DNA from: Fimbriosthenelais zetlandica
Lineage: Eukaryota
Assembly (NCBI GenBank): GCA_977030845.1
Contig: OZ365109.1
Location: forward strand, 12,896,001-12,960,000
DNA length: 64,000 bases
Direction: 5' to 3'
Part shown: piece after piece, positions 49,385 to 61,527 of the stretch
Layout: each line of letters begins with the position of its first letter
Numbering within the stretch: the stretch's first letter is position 1
Position numbers and translations under genes: made by a program
The notes under the pieces: generated by a model
What the model was told of the DNA's origin: nothing
Databases searched by the model: none
Seen by the model: only the letters and a program-made list of their open reading frames with translations

Positions 49385-49544
49385 AAAATGGCGAGGTTGG
49401 AAAGCCTGCCTGAATAAGCATAAAATTCGCGGAAAATTTGTTAACCAACCAATGCGTGACGTCTGCGTTTCTGCGGTACTGACAAGACAACACATCACGT
49501 GATGTCTCCCCATATTGGCGCAGGCGCATGGAGAATACTTCCGG
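49385..49544. promoter_or_regulatory. Dense housekeeping-promoter-like motif cluster
   Basis: AAAATGGCG (49385, YY1), TTCGCGGAAA (49426, E2F-like), CCAAT (49449), TGACGTC (49457, CRE-like), ACATCACGTGATGT (49492-49505, palindromic E-box), ATTGG (49514), GCGCAGGCGCA (49518, NRF1), ACTTCCGG (49537, ETS). Confidence 0.5.
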
Positions 49545-49652
49545 AACAATGGTTCGCTCCTCGAGGCATATGTTTCTCTTTGGAATGAGACTCGTGGCAG
49601 ATTCTATGCCCATCTTGAAAGTTGTTCAAACAATGAATATGTCCATGTTGTC

Positions 49653-49811
49653 ATGTTTCGGGTTTATTTTGTTTAAGTTGAAGAACAATACGCCTGAATA
49701 TTTAATTGGGGGATGGAGTTGGATTTTCCTTGACATGGTTGTTTTTCTTATTTGAACGGATGTACCTGTCCCCTGGGGGGACAGGTGGAGAACTCGAGCA
49801 GTCGAATAGTT
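49653..49811 (-). mobile_element. Possible decayed LINE RT C-terminal fragment
   Basis: NYSTARVLHLS-(25 aa)-KYSGVLF...H resembles the N-x-x-K-x-x-VLH...KYLGV-x-(F/I)D...H pattern at the end of non-LTR RT, with plausible spacing. Judged by eye only. Confidence 0.3.
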
Positions 49812-52800
49812 CTTTTCTAAACAATGTAGTTTGATTACCCCAGAGGACACCAGTAAGCTACATGGGAGAAATTTGTAGTTTTGCAGGTTTTTGTATCCTG
49901 AAATGAATTCTGCCTTCCCCATGATTCCTGTGATTCATGGTAAGAGCTTTGGATCCAGGAACACCAGTTAAATGTATTGAGATAGGCCTATACACCATCA
50001 AATTCCTTTTCTGCTGTAAGCACCTGTTTGCATCAAAGACCAACCAGGGCCTTTGTTATCAGATCTTATCATTTTAAAGTTTCAAAATTCAGTCCATCTT
50101 ATTTTCCCACCGTCTATTTATTGGGTCCTTTCTCTGATTGGAACTAATTACAACGTAGATGCAATTCAAATTCGATAATTGGGAAATCCAAAAGCGTTAC
50201 AATTGCGCTTTCAAAAGCATGAAATATTATACCCCTTATAACTCTCATTATCCTGTCAATCCTGTCAGTGCCATCTTTAGTTACCGTCATGAAACTTGGA
50301 AGGGTCAGTGCTAGATTCCTGTGTTATTCTAGCCTTGTCAGTCTATGGATGTGACAGCTCCTGACATTGCTGTCTACTCGCAGTCTTGTGAATATTCCAC
50401 GGTCTTTAGGGACTGTCTCTGAAAAAAAAACCTGTCATCTTTTTTCCATAGACTCACCATTGGTTGTTGGTGTGTATTCTTTTTCAAGAGTCGCCCCCCT
50501 GTAAGGCTGGGTTCTCAGTTCTTACCGCGCCTACAGTGCATGTCAGCAGGTAGTTGAGAGGCCGGGATGACCACTGCTGACCATTGTCCAGGGTGGGTCA
50601 GAAAGGTCATACAAAAGGCTAATCATCCCTCGCTTACTGGGGGCAGGTCCCTGTGACACTCCTCTCGGGTCTTCTGGCCGTTTACCAGCGAAACCTACCT
50701 GTCTTTCAGATCGTTTTTACTTTCTTTTCTAGAAATGTCTATGTATTTAATATGAACTGAATATTTCAGAATGGTTCATGGGTGGAAGGGAACAAAAAAT
50801 AAAAGATTGAACTTTGTGAAGGAGGTGACGATCATACGAGAAATGGAAAGGAGATGTCCCAGACTGTTTTAAGTCATTGATAATCTTCCAGGTTTTTGGC
50901 CGAAATAAAACCAAGATCACTGTTTGTGGACTCCGGTTTAACCCACATTCACAAGCTCTGAAAGTCAATCCTTCTGTAATTTATCATCTGGAATAAAGGA
51001 ATAATGGGATGTAAGTAGATAATGGAAACCATAATTAGCAAAATTAATATTAAGGAGGGCATTTTTATTCAATTCAAAAAGAAACTCCTGGGAGAATTAT
51101 ACTGAGGCTATTTACACCTTGTCCGCCACCCTGGCGCCACCTCGCGTTTAGATCGGGCGTGCTCTCCTCGCGTGCGTGAGGCCAGTTCGGCAGCCCACCG
51201 CTAGGGGCAAGACAAGGGTGAGACCGGAAAATCACAGACTGCCACGAAATAATCACAGACCCTCCGACTAATCATTATTGTGATAAATAAAGAACAAAGT
51301 CACCAATCTCCGAAACACAAAGCAGACGATCTCAACCTGCCTGTTGCAATCTGTTCCATCTAAGTCTTGGGAAGTTTATAGGTTTGTGATTGCCGTGGTC
51401 TGAGCCAATCTCAGATGGTTGAGTGCTATATGATTGCACCTCTCCATGAAGGTAGTGTGAGAGAAACGCCAGATAAAGTGGAAAAATATGGGAAATGAGT
51501 TGATCTGATAAGGTTGAAGGTGATGATAGACATGTGAAGGAATACCACAAAAGTATCACTCCTAAACGCATCTCTCCCGCCTATACATTATACCTACATA
51601 CCTTTTCACTAGTTTATGGGCGCCCCAACTTTAAAGGGACATGCTCCACAAAAGTTTTCCTTTACATTAGAGCAAGCTCATTTTTCAAGCTGTCCCAAAA
51701 GTGATTAGAGAGGAGTCTCTCTTGTTCCGATCAGCAGTAAATGACTTACTGACATGAATGACCAGGGAAATTTAGAATGAAGCCATGGTAGGAACATAAT
51801 ACCAGAGGTCCAACATGTTATTAGTTGACAATGTGTGTTCATTTGTCAACGCAAAAACAACTTAAGGCTATCTTTAAACCATAGACAAATGCTTTTAGGA
51901 AATTCTCATTTATGTGTGTACATGTAATGATAGGGGACGTTGACATTGATTTATGTAGCCTTATTTTGAGTCACTCCTTACACAATACAATTTGTCCATC
52001 TAAATCAGATATGATTTATGGTCAGTTTTAAACTAACAGTCATGTAAAGTTTATTTGGCCGTTGTGGGTCTTGACCACTGGTCAAAACATGTATATAAAA
52101 AAGCCGTGGGAGCCTAAGGGTAGGCTTGGGACAAAAACTTGACCTTTCTGGTCAGGGTTTCTGACCTGACCGCATGTGGAACTGTCCCTTACATACCCGT
52201 CCACTGACCAGTTTGAGGTATCCTTCCATACCCCACCAGTACTCCCACCAGACCTATCATTATCTATTTACAATATTTTTAGGTAGGAAATAGCAGCTGA
52301 GGTGCTGACATGCTGGGCCTTTTTACTTGTGACATCGTTAAGACCTGCCCTTCTACCTATATTAGACTCACCTAGTCCAGGTGCCCTGGTCAGAGACATC
52401 CTAATGTACATCCATACTCATCAACCTGTCCAATGAGTAGAACAGTATCATTTAAATATAAATAATGTGCTCATCGCCCATCAAGGCTCCCAATACCATG
52501 CTTCCTACATCCACTTAATTATCTATTAGCCTATACCATTGTACCCTTTACTTATTACTTTCCCAAGCTCTTTACAAACCATTTGGAATTTAAGACTTAA
52601 TTCAATTAAGCAGGTTCCCAGGTGGGGATAAACCTTTAATAATTGCCAATTAATAATTGTTCATTTACGTTGTATAAAAATGCAATTGTTCATTTGTATT
52701 AGTCTCTGATTAATTTTAGAGTTTTTTTGGACAAGAGTTTTAAATGGGTATGGGTGCCCGGCATGGGTCCTCAAATGATGGGTCATTGCAACAGTTCCAG

Positions 52801-55800
52801 TGATGGGAAAATGTGGCGTAGAGAGAACCGATACATGCAAGGTACATGGACATTGATTTCCCATAGGTGGGAACACTTGTCTCGTGTTAATAAAGGTTAA
52901 TGATGAGGTCTTCGGGGCCAAGTTTTCTACCATTCTCTCCTCTTCTCTTACAATACGTACCCATCACCTACTGTGATCGGGGAGGCATGCGTGTCAGGCT
53001 AAACTAGACCTTTCCCATGTACACGGTCATCACGATTATCGTGAGCCTTGCCCATTACAACTGACCACTGGTCATTGTGTCCTAGATAGCTCCACTCACT
53101 ACCATAGCATGCCCAACATTTCATCCATCACCAAAATTGCCATTTTCCAAACCTGTGGACGTAAGCAACCTGTCTGTGAGGGGAGACTTTGAATGCCTAC
53201 CAGCCGTTTCGCAGCCATGACTATGGAATGATGTATTGAATCTTTTGTAGCGTCCCTGACGTTTGAATAGAAAGAACTTCATCCAAGAGCACAATAAATT
53301 AGTACTGATTAAAGATCGGTGGGAAAAGCATTGCAATTCCAGCCACACCCTCTCAGGCTTTAACTATAATTCTTAGAGGCAATCGTTTTCAGAAAGCCCC
53401 ACCCACCAGTCTACAATGTATGTGAATGGGATTGATATAATTAGGCAGAATGGAAATTAAAACTTGATGACTTGTCAGGCTCACTTAAATCTGTCCTGAC
53501 CATACAAATGTATAGTAGCAGTTTGTGATTGTGGTTGAACATCAAACCTTCCAGTTTGTTAATATTAAATCGGCTGTGATCTAAGCAAAGATTTCCTTAG
53601 TCTCGAGGTATAGACCAACGAATATATACTATACATGTACATGTGTCTCTATTTGTTAGGTCGCTAATTCAATTTCTATACATTTTAATTCTCTTTTCCG
53701 CGGTGTTGTCTATCACAGAGCATTTCCAATTGGCTTCACAATGAGTACTTGAGTGAAACATAACATTAACTTCTTCACCAAATCAATTCGATTTAACAGT
53801 TTGGTCGAGTGATGTCAGTTTGAGATCTCATTGATTAGCCCACAGTTTACGACCCCCCGCTTCACCATGAGATGCTTCAACATGTACTCAATATAGAGAC
53901 CAGAGCAAACACCCCACACCTCCGTGTTTATTAGCTCTTTCTGTCATTGTCAGCCAGACCCTCCTGTTTGTACCCATTGCTTTGCCGCTCGCATCTCTAG
54001 GGAGCTTATTTCCCCTCTTGGCACACCTTTGGAGTCGAAGATTACAGACTTGCCTTCCTTCTCAAGGATGGCCACACGCTGTTTGGAGATGTAGTAATTC
54101 CCGTGTGTCTTTAAAATTCGGAAATCGTTTTCATGGAAAATTGGGCTTTTGTCAGTTAATTCTTCCCTTTCTTTCTTCCCTTTCTTGCTCGTCTCCTACG
54201 AATTTGTAGGAGGGAAGTTTTGTCTCAAATATTTATATTTTGAGACATAACTTTTCTCTTAGACCAAACCCATGTTCTTTGATGATACCACCAATAAAGA
54301 GAGATAGGGGATGCAAGCTTCACAATGTGTGACATTTTCCTAGCATACTGCAGGTGTTTTAAAGCAAGGAAATTGCAGCAGACATATGGTCTGGACATCT
54401 TGATCACTAAAGACACATCAAAACCGAGAAGCAAGGCATAACTGTTCCCCAAAAGAAGGGCCCCTATAGGTCATGGGGTGTTCAAAGCCACTTGCTCGTT
54501 CTAGAGGGTGTTGGCCGCTCGTTTACAGATAGCTTTTCTTGTTGAAGTTCGTGGTCGTCTGGCGCCAAATGATACAGACATGAGGGCATATAGAGGTGGT
54601 GGGGCAATGTTTATTAAAACTCTCCTCGCGTTCTAATGTACACATACCCGCCCATCCTAGAAACACATCCCATTGTCTCAGACGCACCCCCTATGGGTAA
54701 TGTATAGCACTAGAGGCCGAGGCCAACTTTGATCTAAAACAGTTGAGACCCGTTTCCATTATTCCCGGGGAACCAGGTGATTCTTGTGAATGGAAGCAAG
54801 ACAAGCTTGGGGGGTCATACATAAGGAAAACTGATAATGTTTTTCGCCAGTTGGTTGAGGGTCGGGTACATGCCTGGCTGTTTGTGCCAGAGTATCTCCC
54901 AAAGTTAGTCTGCTGACACTTTACTTCTGGAATCGTTAGGGATAGGTTATAGGTACATCTCTCTAGCAATAATCTAAGGTAAGATTTTCTTTACATTGTG
55001 GCGTCTGGACTTACAAATATCATTTAATTCCACCTATGGACACAATATTAATTCCAAATACATATGGATACAATATTATAGGAAGGTAGATACTTTGTAA
55101 ATAGACTATAGCCCCTTGTCCATATTCCACCTGCTTTCAAAAGCTTTCATTCCTCAAAGGGTGGCATATGGAACCCTTTCCACCTGCCTCGAAGACTTTT
55201 TTTATTTTTACTAATCGGAAAAGCATCTGTACATTACGTAAAAGCTTTCTACTACTTTATACGTAACTTTAAGTATCTTTAAGCTTCGTTCTCCCGGGAA
55301 CCGTTCAAAGTAATAGACTAGTAATCCCTCAGTCGATTACAGCTGAGGATAAAACCCCTGAGCATTAGTGGCTTTGGATTACCATCATATACACCTTAAT
55401 TGATATTTTCCCATGCAATGATTTTTCAATTCATGATAATTGGAAGTATTTTCATGTCAATGATCACCCTTGACACACGAACGGCTTTTGGAAGTACGAA
55501 CATGACATCATCTCGGGTCACCCACTTTCCATAGAAAATATTTTAACCTTATCACCATTTACCTTTATGGGTATAGAAATTCAGTGACCAGTGGGTAATA
55601 TGGCCACCTGTTCCCCCCTGCTTCCCGGGCTGGGTGAATTGCGGGCTATTTGGAGGAGTTGATGCATGGTGGTAATCAGATACGACGGGGCACTGAGCTG
55701 TATCAGTATTTATATTGTGGGTGTATTAATATTTTGTGCAATGGCCAAATGCCTTGATGATTTGGAATATGGTTGCTGTACTGATGAAATAGGCAATGCA

Positions 55801-55992
55801 TACTAAGTTTTTGGAAGGTCAATTTTTAAATTTTCAAATTTAATATATTTGGAATAAGTCTATTTGTAATAATTATATAACAAATGAAAGAAGGCATACA
55901 CGTGTGACATATGACAAAAATGTCTTTTATGGTCATTGATGTTTTGGATAAGATTGACCCGCCAATGTCGAATCAAAGACTGTTGATTCAAA

Positions 55993-56014
55993 CCCCCCGC
56001 CCCCACCCCTCCCC
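55993..56014 (-). other. Potential G-quadruplex with 1-nt loops
   Basis: Plus strand CCCCCC G CCCCC A CCCC T CCCC, i.e. GGGGAGGGGTGGGGGCGGGGGG on the minus strand. Confidence 0.65.
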
Positions 56015-58504
56015 TTTATAAACGCAATCTGAAAAAAAAATCAAAATCAAAGGAACATAAAAAGGAAAATTGTTTATATAAACATGAGTTGGGTAACTAA
56101 TTATGCAAGGTAACATATGGTCGAGAAAATTGACTTCGGCAGATTGGTTTGTGAGTCTCTAACCATTGACTTTGCTTTGAAGTGGTCTGGTTGGCAACAA
56201 AACCTATCCATATAAGTTTATATCCTATTCAATAACCACAATGCTAAGCGGACAGTGGCGCTGAACGGTGATTACATTGGATAAACCATTAACTTGGTTT
56301 ATGGCACGTGCGGTATAGAAAGTCATAATTCAAAAGTCGTCATATTCATATCAACTCATTTATCTATTAGGCCCTGGGTGCCCTATCTCCCGATGTTGCC
56401 GCTATTATATAGCTTAGGTATATAACCAGTATAGTCAATTTAACCAACCGTACTACTAATGCAAATGAAGCCCCCATACAGTGGGGCCTTTTAAGGTTTT
56501 CTATGTAAGAATGATACATGAGAAACCGTCCGTTGATGGTCGTTATATGGACCATTTGTAGGTCTTTTTGTCTGAGAATGCGCATATTGTGTTTGTTTTT
56601 TTATTACATACGAACATGAAAGGTGTATGCTGGTACGGAATTTTATAATTTAGGGGCAGAACTTCCGCGATGTTCCCTCAACTGCAATAATCCTATAAAG
56701 CAAATTTAATTGCAAGGCAGTGACATAGACAATCTGAGGAGCTATGTGGCATAGTCATTTTCCCTGCTCTTCTCCAGGAACCCACCTGGCCAAGTATAAT
56801 TTATGCCTAAAAAATTATATTTATTTTCATATATATTTTTTGGTTCTTGAAATTTTACTATTTTCCGTCATGATTACTCCTTGGAGAAGGCGGTTTTTGG
56901 GGTTACACATAATTTTTATAGCCTTCTGTCAGCTAAATGGCTTGATAATTTTTGAAAACTGTCAAACTGAAATGTCATGTTTGGAAGAAGTTTATCGCGC
57001 TGGAGCTTTTGAGTATGGGTGAAAAAAAAGCTAGCGAGTAAAGCGCCTTCAAAGGGGACAGAAATGACAGTCCAAACACCCACGATCCCATATACTGCCC
57101 CTGGTTATACTTAAATCCAGCTTAATTTAAATCTTTTACCCCAAAGTGCACAATAGAAATCGCGAGAAAATAAGTCCTAATACACCACAATGTTATGCAG
57201 TAACTGCATTTAGAATATTTACATTTGCTTTAAAAATATCAAATTTCATACAATAGAGATTAGTTATACAAGTCTGGTTTCATCAATTTCAAATTGGTCA
57301 GTTAAGTCGGTAATGTTCTCCGGTTTTGAAGGGAAAAGGGCGTGTCTGTCTTTTTAAGAAGGTATTGGATTCCAGACGGTATCCTGCTAATTTCAAATTT
57401 GAAATAACCGAGGAAACAATCGGTGACGGGCGTTAAGGAAATGCCTACTCTAGCGAGGGTCCTAAGCTTATGGCAGCTTACATAAGTAGACATATATTTC
57501 CTTGAAAGGTCTTAGTGCTAGTCTTTGGTTCTTTCCATCCAAAGTGGGCGGGGGCAGTTATACAACCATAATGTGCTTAGTTAAGATATTAATAGAAGAC
57601 CGGGAGCGGACCTGATTCATAACTGATCCATGTCCTAATGTGCCTTGGGGTGGCGGGGCTTTTCCCTCGCTGACACGTTCATGCTGTTTTTCCAAAAAGC
57701 AATGGGCGGGGCCGCGGAGAGGGCGAGTCAGATTACAAAATACATCTCTAACTGAAAAGCCTTGTCTCAGATTTTTGAAGCTCCGATGGGCAGAACAAAT
57801 ATGCTTATTGTGGAAGGTGGAGGGCACGTGGGCATCACTTCCTTATTCTATTCACTATAGAAACCTTTTTGACAGCTTCGCTAAAGCCCTGCCATTCCCT
57901 CCACGCCAACCTGCCACTTGTTTACCCAACGTTATTTCCTTTCCATTAGGGTAAAGGGCCCCTTGACCACCTTGGAGAGAACCTTTCCAGAGAAACCATT
58001 TTGGTCAAGAGTCACCACGGGCTCTTGACCGTGGATAAGAGATTAAATAAAACTGACCCTTTATTCTATTACAAAATGTGACATTCTTTTGCCGCTGCTA
58101 AGTTTTCACATGGCTCCTATAGTCAAGGGCGGTGGCCAGGTTGCCTGACATTGTATAAGCGTAATTGTAATACGGCAGCCAGAGGACATGCCAAGTGGTC
58201 TGTAAAGGGTAGCCCAACTATAGAATTCAGTCCGCCTATTGTGAATAGTCAATTCCCAAGGCTATGTAATTAAAACCTCTAATTGAATTAACTTCTTGAA
58301 CGTTTACTCTGTATTCAACGTCCATGGGAAAATTCAGTCCCAAGATTTTCTATAGATCAACTTTTTTGATTCATTGAAATCGGTACAAGAGTTTGATTTA
58401 AATGTGAATGTATAGGGTCCGTAAAATACTGAACTGTTTTATGGCTGGTAATAATACTATTTATGTCACAATGAAAACATTGTTTAACAAAAAGTTTTCC
58501 GAAA

Positions 58505-58606
58505 TACATGGGTCTTCTTTGAAATGAAATGATCACATCAGACAAATATCCCTTACCGGGCACTTGTAACAAATCAGTTGATTTAAAATTTGATAATAGT
58601 TCCCAA
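58505..58606 (+). mobile_element. Probable decayed Ty3/Gypsy reverse transcriptase fragment
   Basis: YMGLL*NEMITSDKYPLP..NKSVDLK resembles the Gypsy RT motifs DYRxLNxIT-x-x-DKYPLP and FSxIDLK. It has an in-frame stop and an apparent deletion between the motifs. Confidence 0.45.
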
Positions 58607-59443
58607 AGTGTGAGCCCTATCTCCGACCATCTTGTGAAAAATCGTGTATGTGTTCAAAATGCACTGGGTGAGCAAGATGAATACAATAGCCATACAATCT
58701 CATGTACAGCCCTTCTATGGGACTTGGGCGCTAATTTACCAATTATAATAAACCCAGCTATTTGTTTTTCTATACCCCCGACAGGTTTCACCTTAGACAA
58801 TACATTCCAGCACCTTTGGGATGTTCACATTTCATCCCCGTAGCGGCGCGTGCTGCGATTTTTACCACCTATATAGGTGTAACCAGGTGCCACTGATGTC
58901 ACCATTCTGAGCTATCATTACTCACCTGCGAATTAAAAAAAACTGTTGTCGCGCGATGGTCGCACCGACATGTTGTTAGCAGTTTTTATGGACTCAGTGG
59001 TGTCGGGTGGGAGGTTAAATAGACAGTCAGTGAGATGTGGTTGATCAGTTGATAAACGTCAGCCCATCACTTCACATTGAAACCTAACAATACTCAAACA
59101 CCCTCCATATCAATTATAACAATCGCCATACATATCTTGACGTTAATTACGACTCGGCTATAATTGGACAACTATTTATTCGTCTTACAGTTACATTCAC
59201 CAAGAATTAAACGGAGGCGGAAGATATTCCTCAAAAGAGACTCAAAACGGGAAATCAGTCACCACATATGATGTCAAATCTGTAAGTTGGATTTTCTTAT
59301 TACATAACGAATTCTTCTGCATCGCTGACAAATATGACCGTTCAATCTACCTTTGTAAATCATCAAATGAACAAATTTCGAACAAAACTCCATTGATTTG
59401 GCCATATTTGCAAGCGACACATTAGGGTATTTTCAATTATATA

Positions 59444-59516
59444 TTGTGTAAGACCTGATGGTAAATTATCATTTTTGTGTAAGACTGGCTCGTGACTTGA
59501 GGGTAAGTTATCATTT
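59444..59516. repeat. Tandem duplication with internal indel
   Basis: [TTGTGTAAGAC..GGTAAATTATCATTT][TTGTGTAAGAC...GGTAAGTTATCATTT]. Confidence 0.75.
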
Positions 59517-60307
59517 TCTGGTGAGCCACATGCTGTGTAATAAGCAGATGTCATTCCACGCGTGCCTTGATATCTGTAATTCATTACATAACCTCCCTGA
59601 CTCTCCCTGCTCTAACGCACTGACTCCTCAGCTGTAAAATGTCTTGAGGAGTCTCAGGCTCTGCCGCCTTCTTACAATGGTCTCTCACCTGTCTCACACA
59701 TAGCGCTACAATGACTGTAATTAATGAACACACACACTGACCTGCCAAATCATATCAAATCATAACTGCGACCTTTTTGTTCTCCTATGCTCATGAATGA
59801 CATGCCCCCCGGGTCAAATAAATGCCCTCGCGACCACCAAAACCTGGTTGGATATTTGTTTCTGACGGCGACCCTCCAAGCACAGGTCGAAAGTTTAACT
59901 ACAATTTCAAATGCTTTGATATGATTTGGAAATAGACTTGCAGTCGTCCATGCTTGTAGTATCAATCCCCAACCCCTAGTTATTGAGATAGTTTTTCTCC
60001 CAAATTTGGGATGACTGGCCCGTCTAGGCTTGGAGATATGAGGGGAGATATGAAAAAAGAGCAGAAGGTGGGAGGAGAGGCGAGTGACACGAGAGATGAC
60101 CTCCCCGACCTCACGGGTCATGGGGCGCTGCTGGGTTGCCTCGACTTTACCCAGAAATATGAAGATTTACAAATAGTGGACAACTAGAGAGGTGACAAGC
60201 GGGGTCAGAGGTGGCAAACAGGCCACTCCTGTTACTTGACCCGATTAGTCAGGTTTAACATGTTAATAATACGCTGAGTTCACCTGATCTGGGTTAACAC
60301 TGCATGA

Positions 60308-60363
60308 AATGATATCATTTTAGATTATAGATATAAATGATATCATATTAGTTTATAGATATA
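60308..60363. repeat. 28-bp tandem duplication
   Basis: AATGATATCATTTTAGATTATAGATATA and AATGATATCATATTAGTTTATAGATATA (two mismatches). Confidence 0.9.
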
Positions 60364-61499
60364 CCATACATTGATACCCACAATTTGTCCACTCATATTA
60401 AATGTACTACTTGACATTGCTTCAAGCTCCTTATACTTTATTCATTTTCTATCTGAATGCATCAACAAGTATAGTTTGTTGCAATTATATTCACACATAA
60501 TGCAATGAAAGAATTCAATCTAAGCTGACATGGCTCTAACAAATCTGTTTTATATACCCTACTATTACTAGATTACGAACACAATGCGCTTAATATGCTT
60601 TATATTAGAAATCCCAGCCACGCGCAGTTTGTATGGACAGTTATACTAAGGGGCGTTTCTGGTTTGGCTAAACTGGAAATGTCAGCGGAAAAAACATGTC
60701 TGGATTTGAGACAGTTCCTCCGTCTGGTCTCATGTCGTGACAGATGACACCACTGTGATTACCCGGAGTGAAAACCACTACCTATACATTAGTCACATCA
60801 TTCCGCTACTACTTTATTAACTCAAATTTTCTCAGCTTCTTCCTGTAAACTCATATCCCGAGGAAAATGAGAAGCGCCCCGCTGAACAATCATACATGCG
60901 GTGGCTTGTTTCCATGCACGGGTTCCCCGCTGAGAGCGGACATGCCCCCACTCAACATGTCTCAGACTTGGACATTGCGCAAGCCATCGCCCGATAATAA
61001 TCTGGCTATTGTCAAATTATTAGCGGGTAAAAAGGTTTTAATAGGTATCATTTGGTGTCAACTTATATCAATCCCCATGACTGCACTTTTCAACCGACAA
61101 GGGGTCGTGAAAATGGTATTAGAATTATGGATTATCCCGATAGAGAATATAGGCCCACAGGGAACATTTTAGATTTTTCTTTAAAAATTTAACAAATGGC
61201 TAGTAATTCGACATGCCCTTTTATTTACTGATGTCTATCTTTGTGTGTTTTTCTAGCAGCATTGTTTGCGGACATCTTACTAAATCATCTTTGGAGTAAT
61301 ACATCCTTGTCAGTTTTTCGGGTTCCCTTCAAATAAGTTTGCGGTTTATCTACGGCCGCGAACAAGGCCCCGAGTTGTAATTTCAGAATCGGTAGCAATT
61401 AACCGAAGCTGGGGTGTCAATGAAGGCACAATGTATGATAGTGAGGGAAGAATAAATGGATGTTGGTGGGTGATAAATGTCCAAGTCTACCAGTTACAG

Positions 61500-61527
61500 C
61501 CCCTCCTCGCTCCCTCCCCTTCCCCCC
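61500..61527 (-). other. Potential G-quadruplex
   Basis: Plus strand CCCC TCCTCGCT CCC T CCCC TT CCCCCC. Confidence 0.45.

Noticed and set aside
46375-51142. CTCF-like cores GCGCCACCTAG (46375), GCGCCCTCT (49077) and GCGCCACCT (51134)
   Set aside because: All lack the terminal TGG of the consensus; partial matches are expected by chance.
59750-60121. Longest ORF in the window (123 aa)
   Set aside because: No recognisable motif; this length is within chance expectation for 64 kb over six frames.
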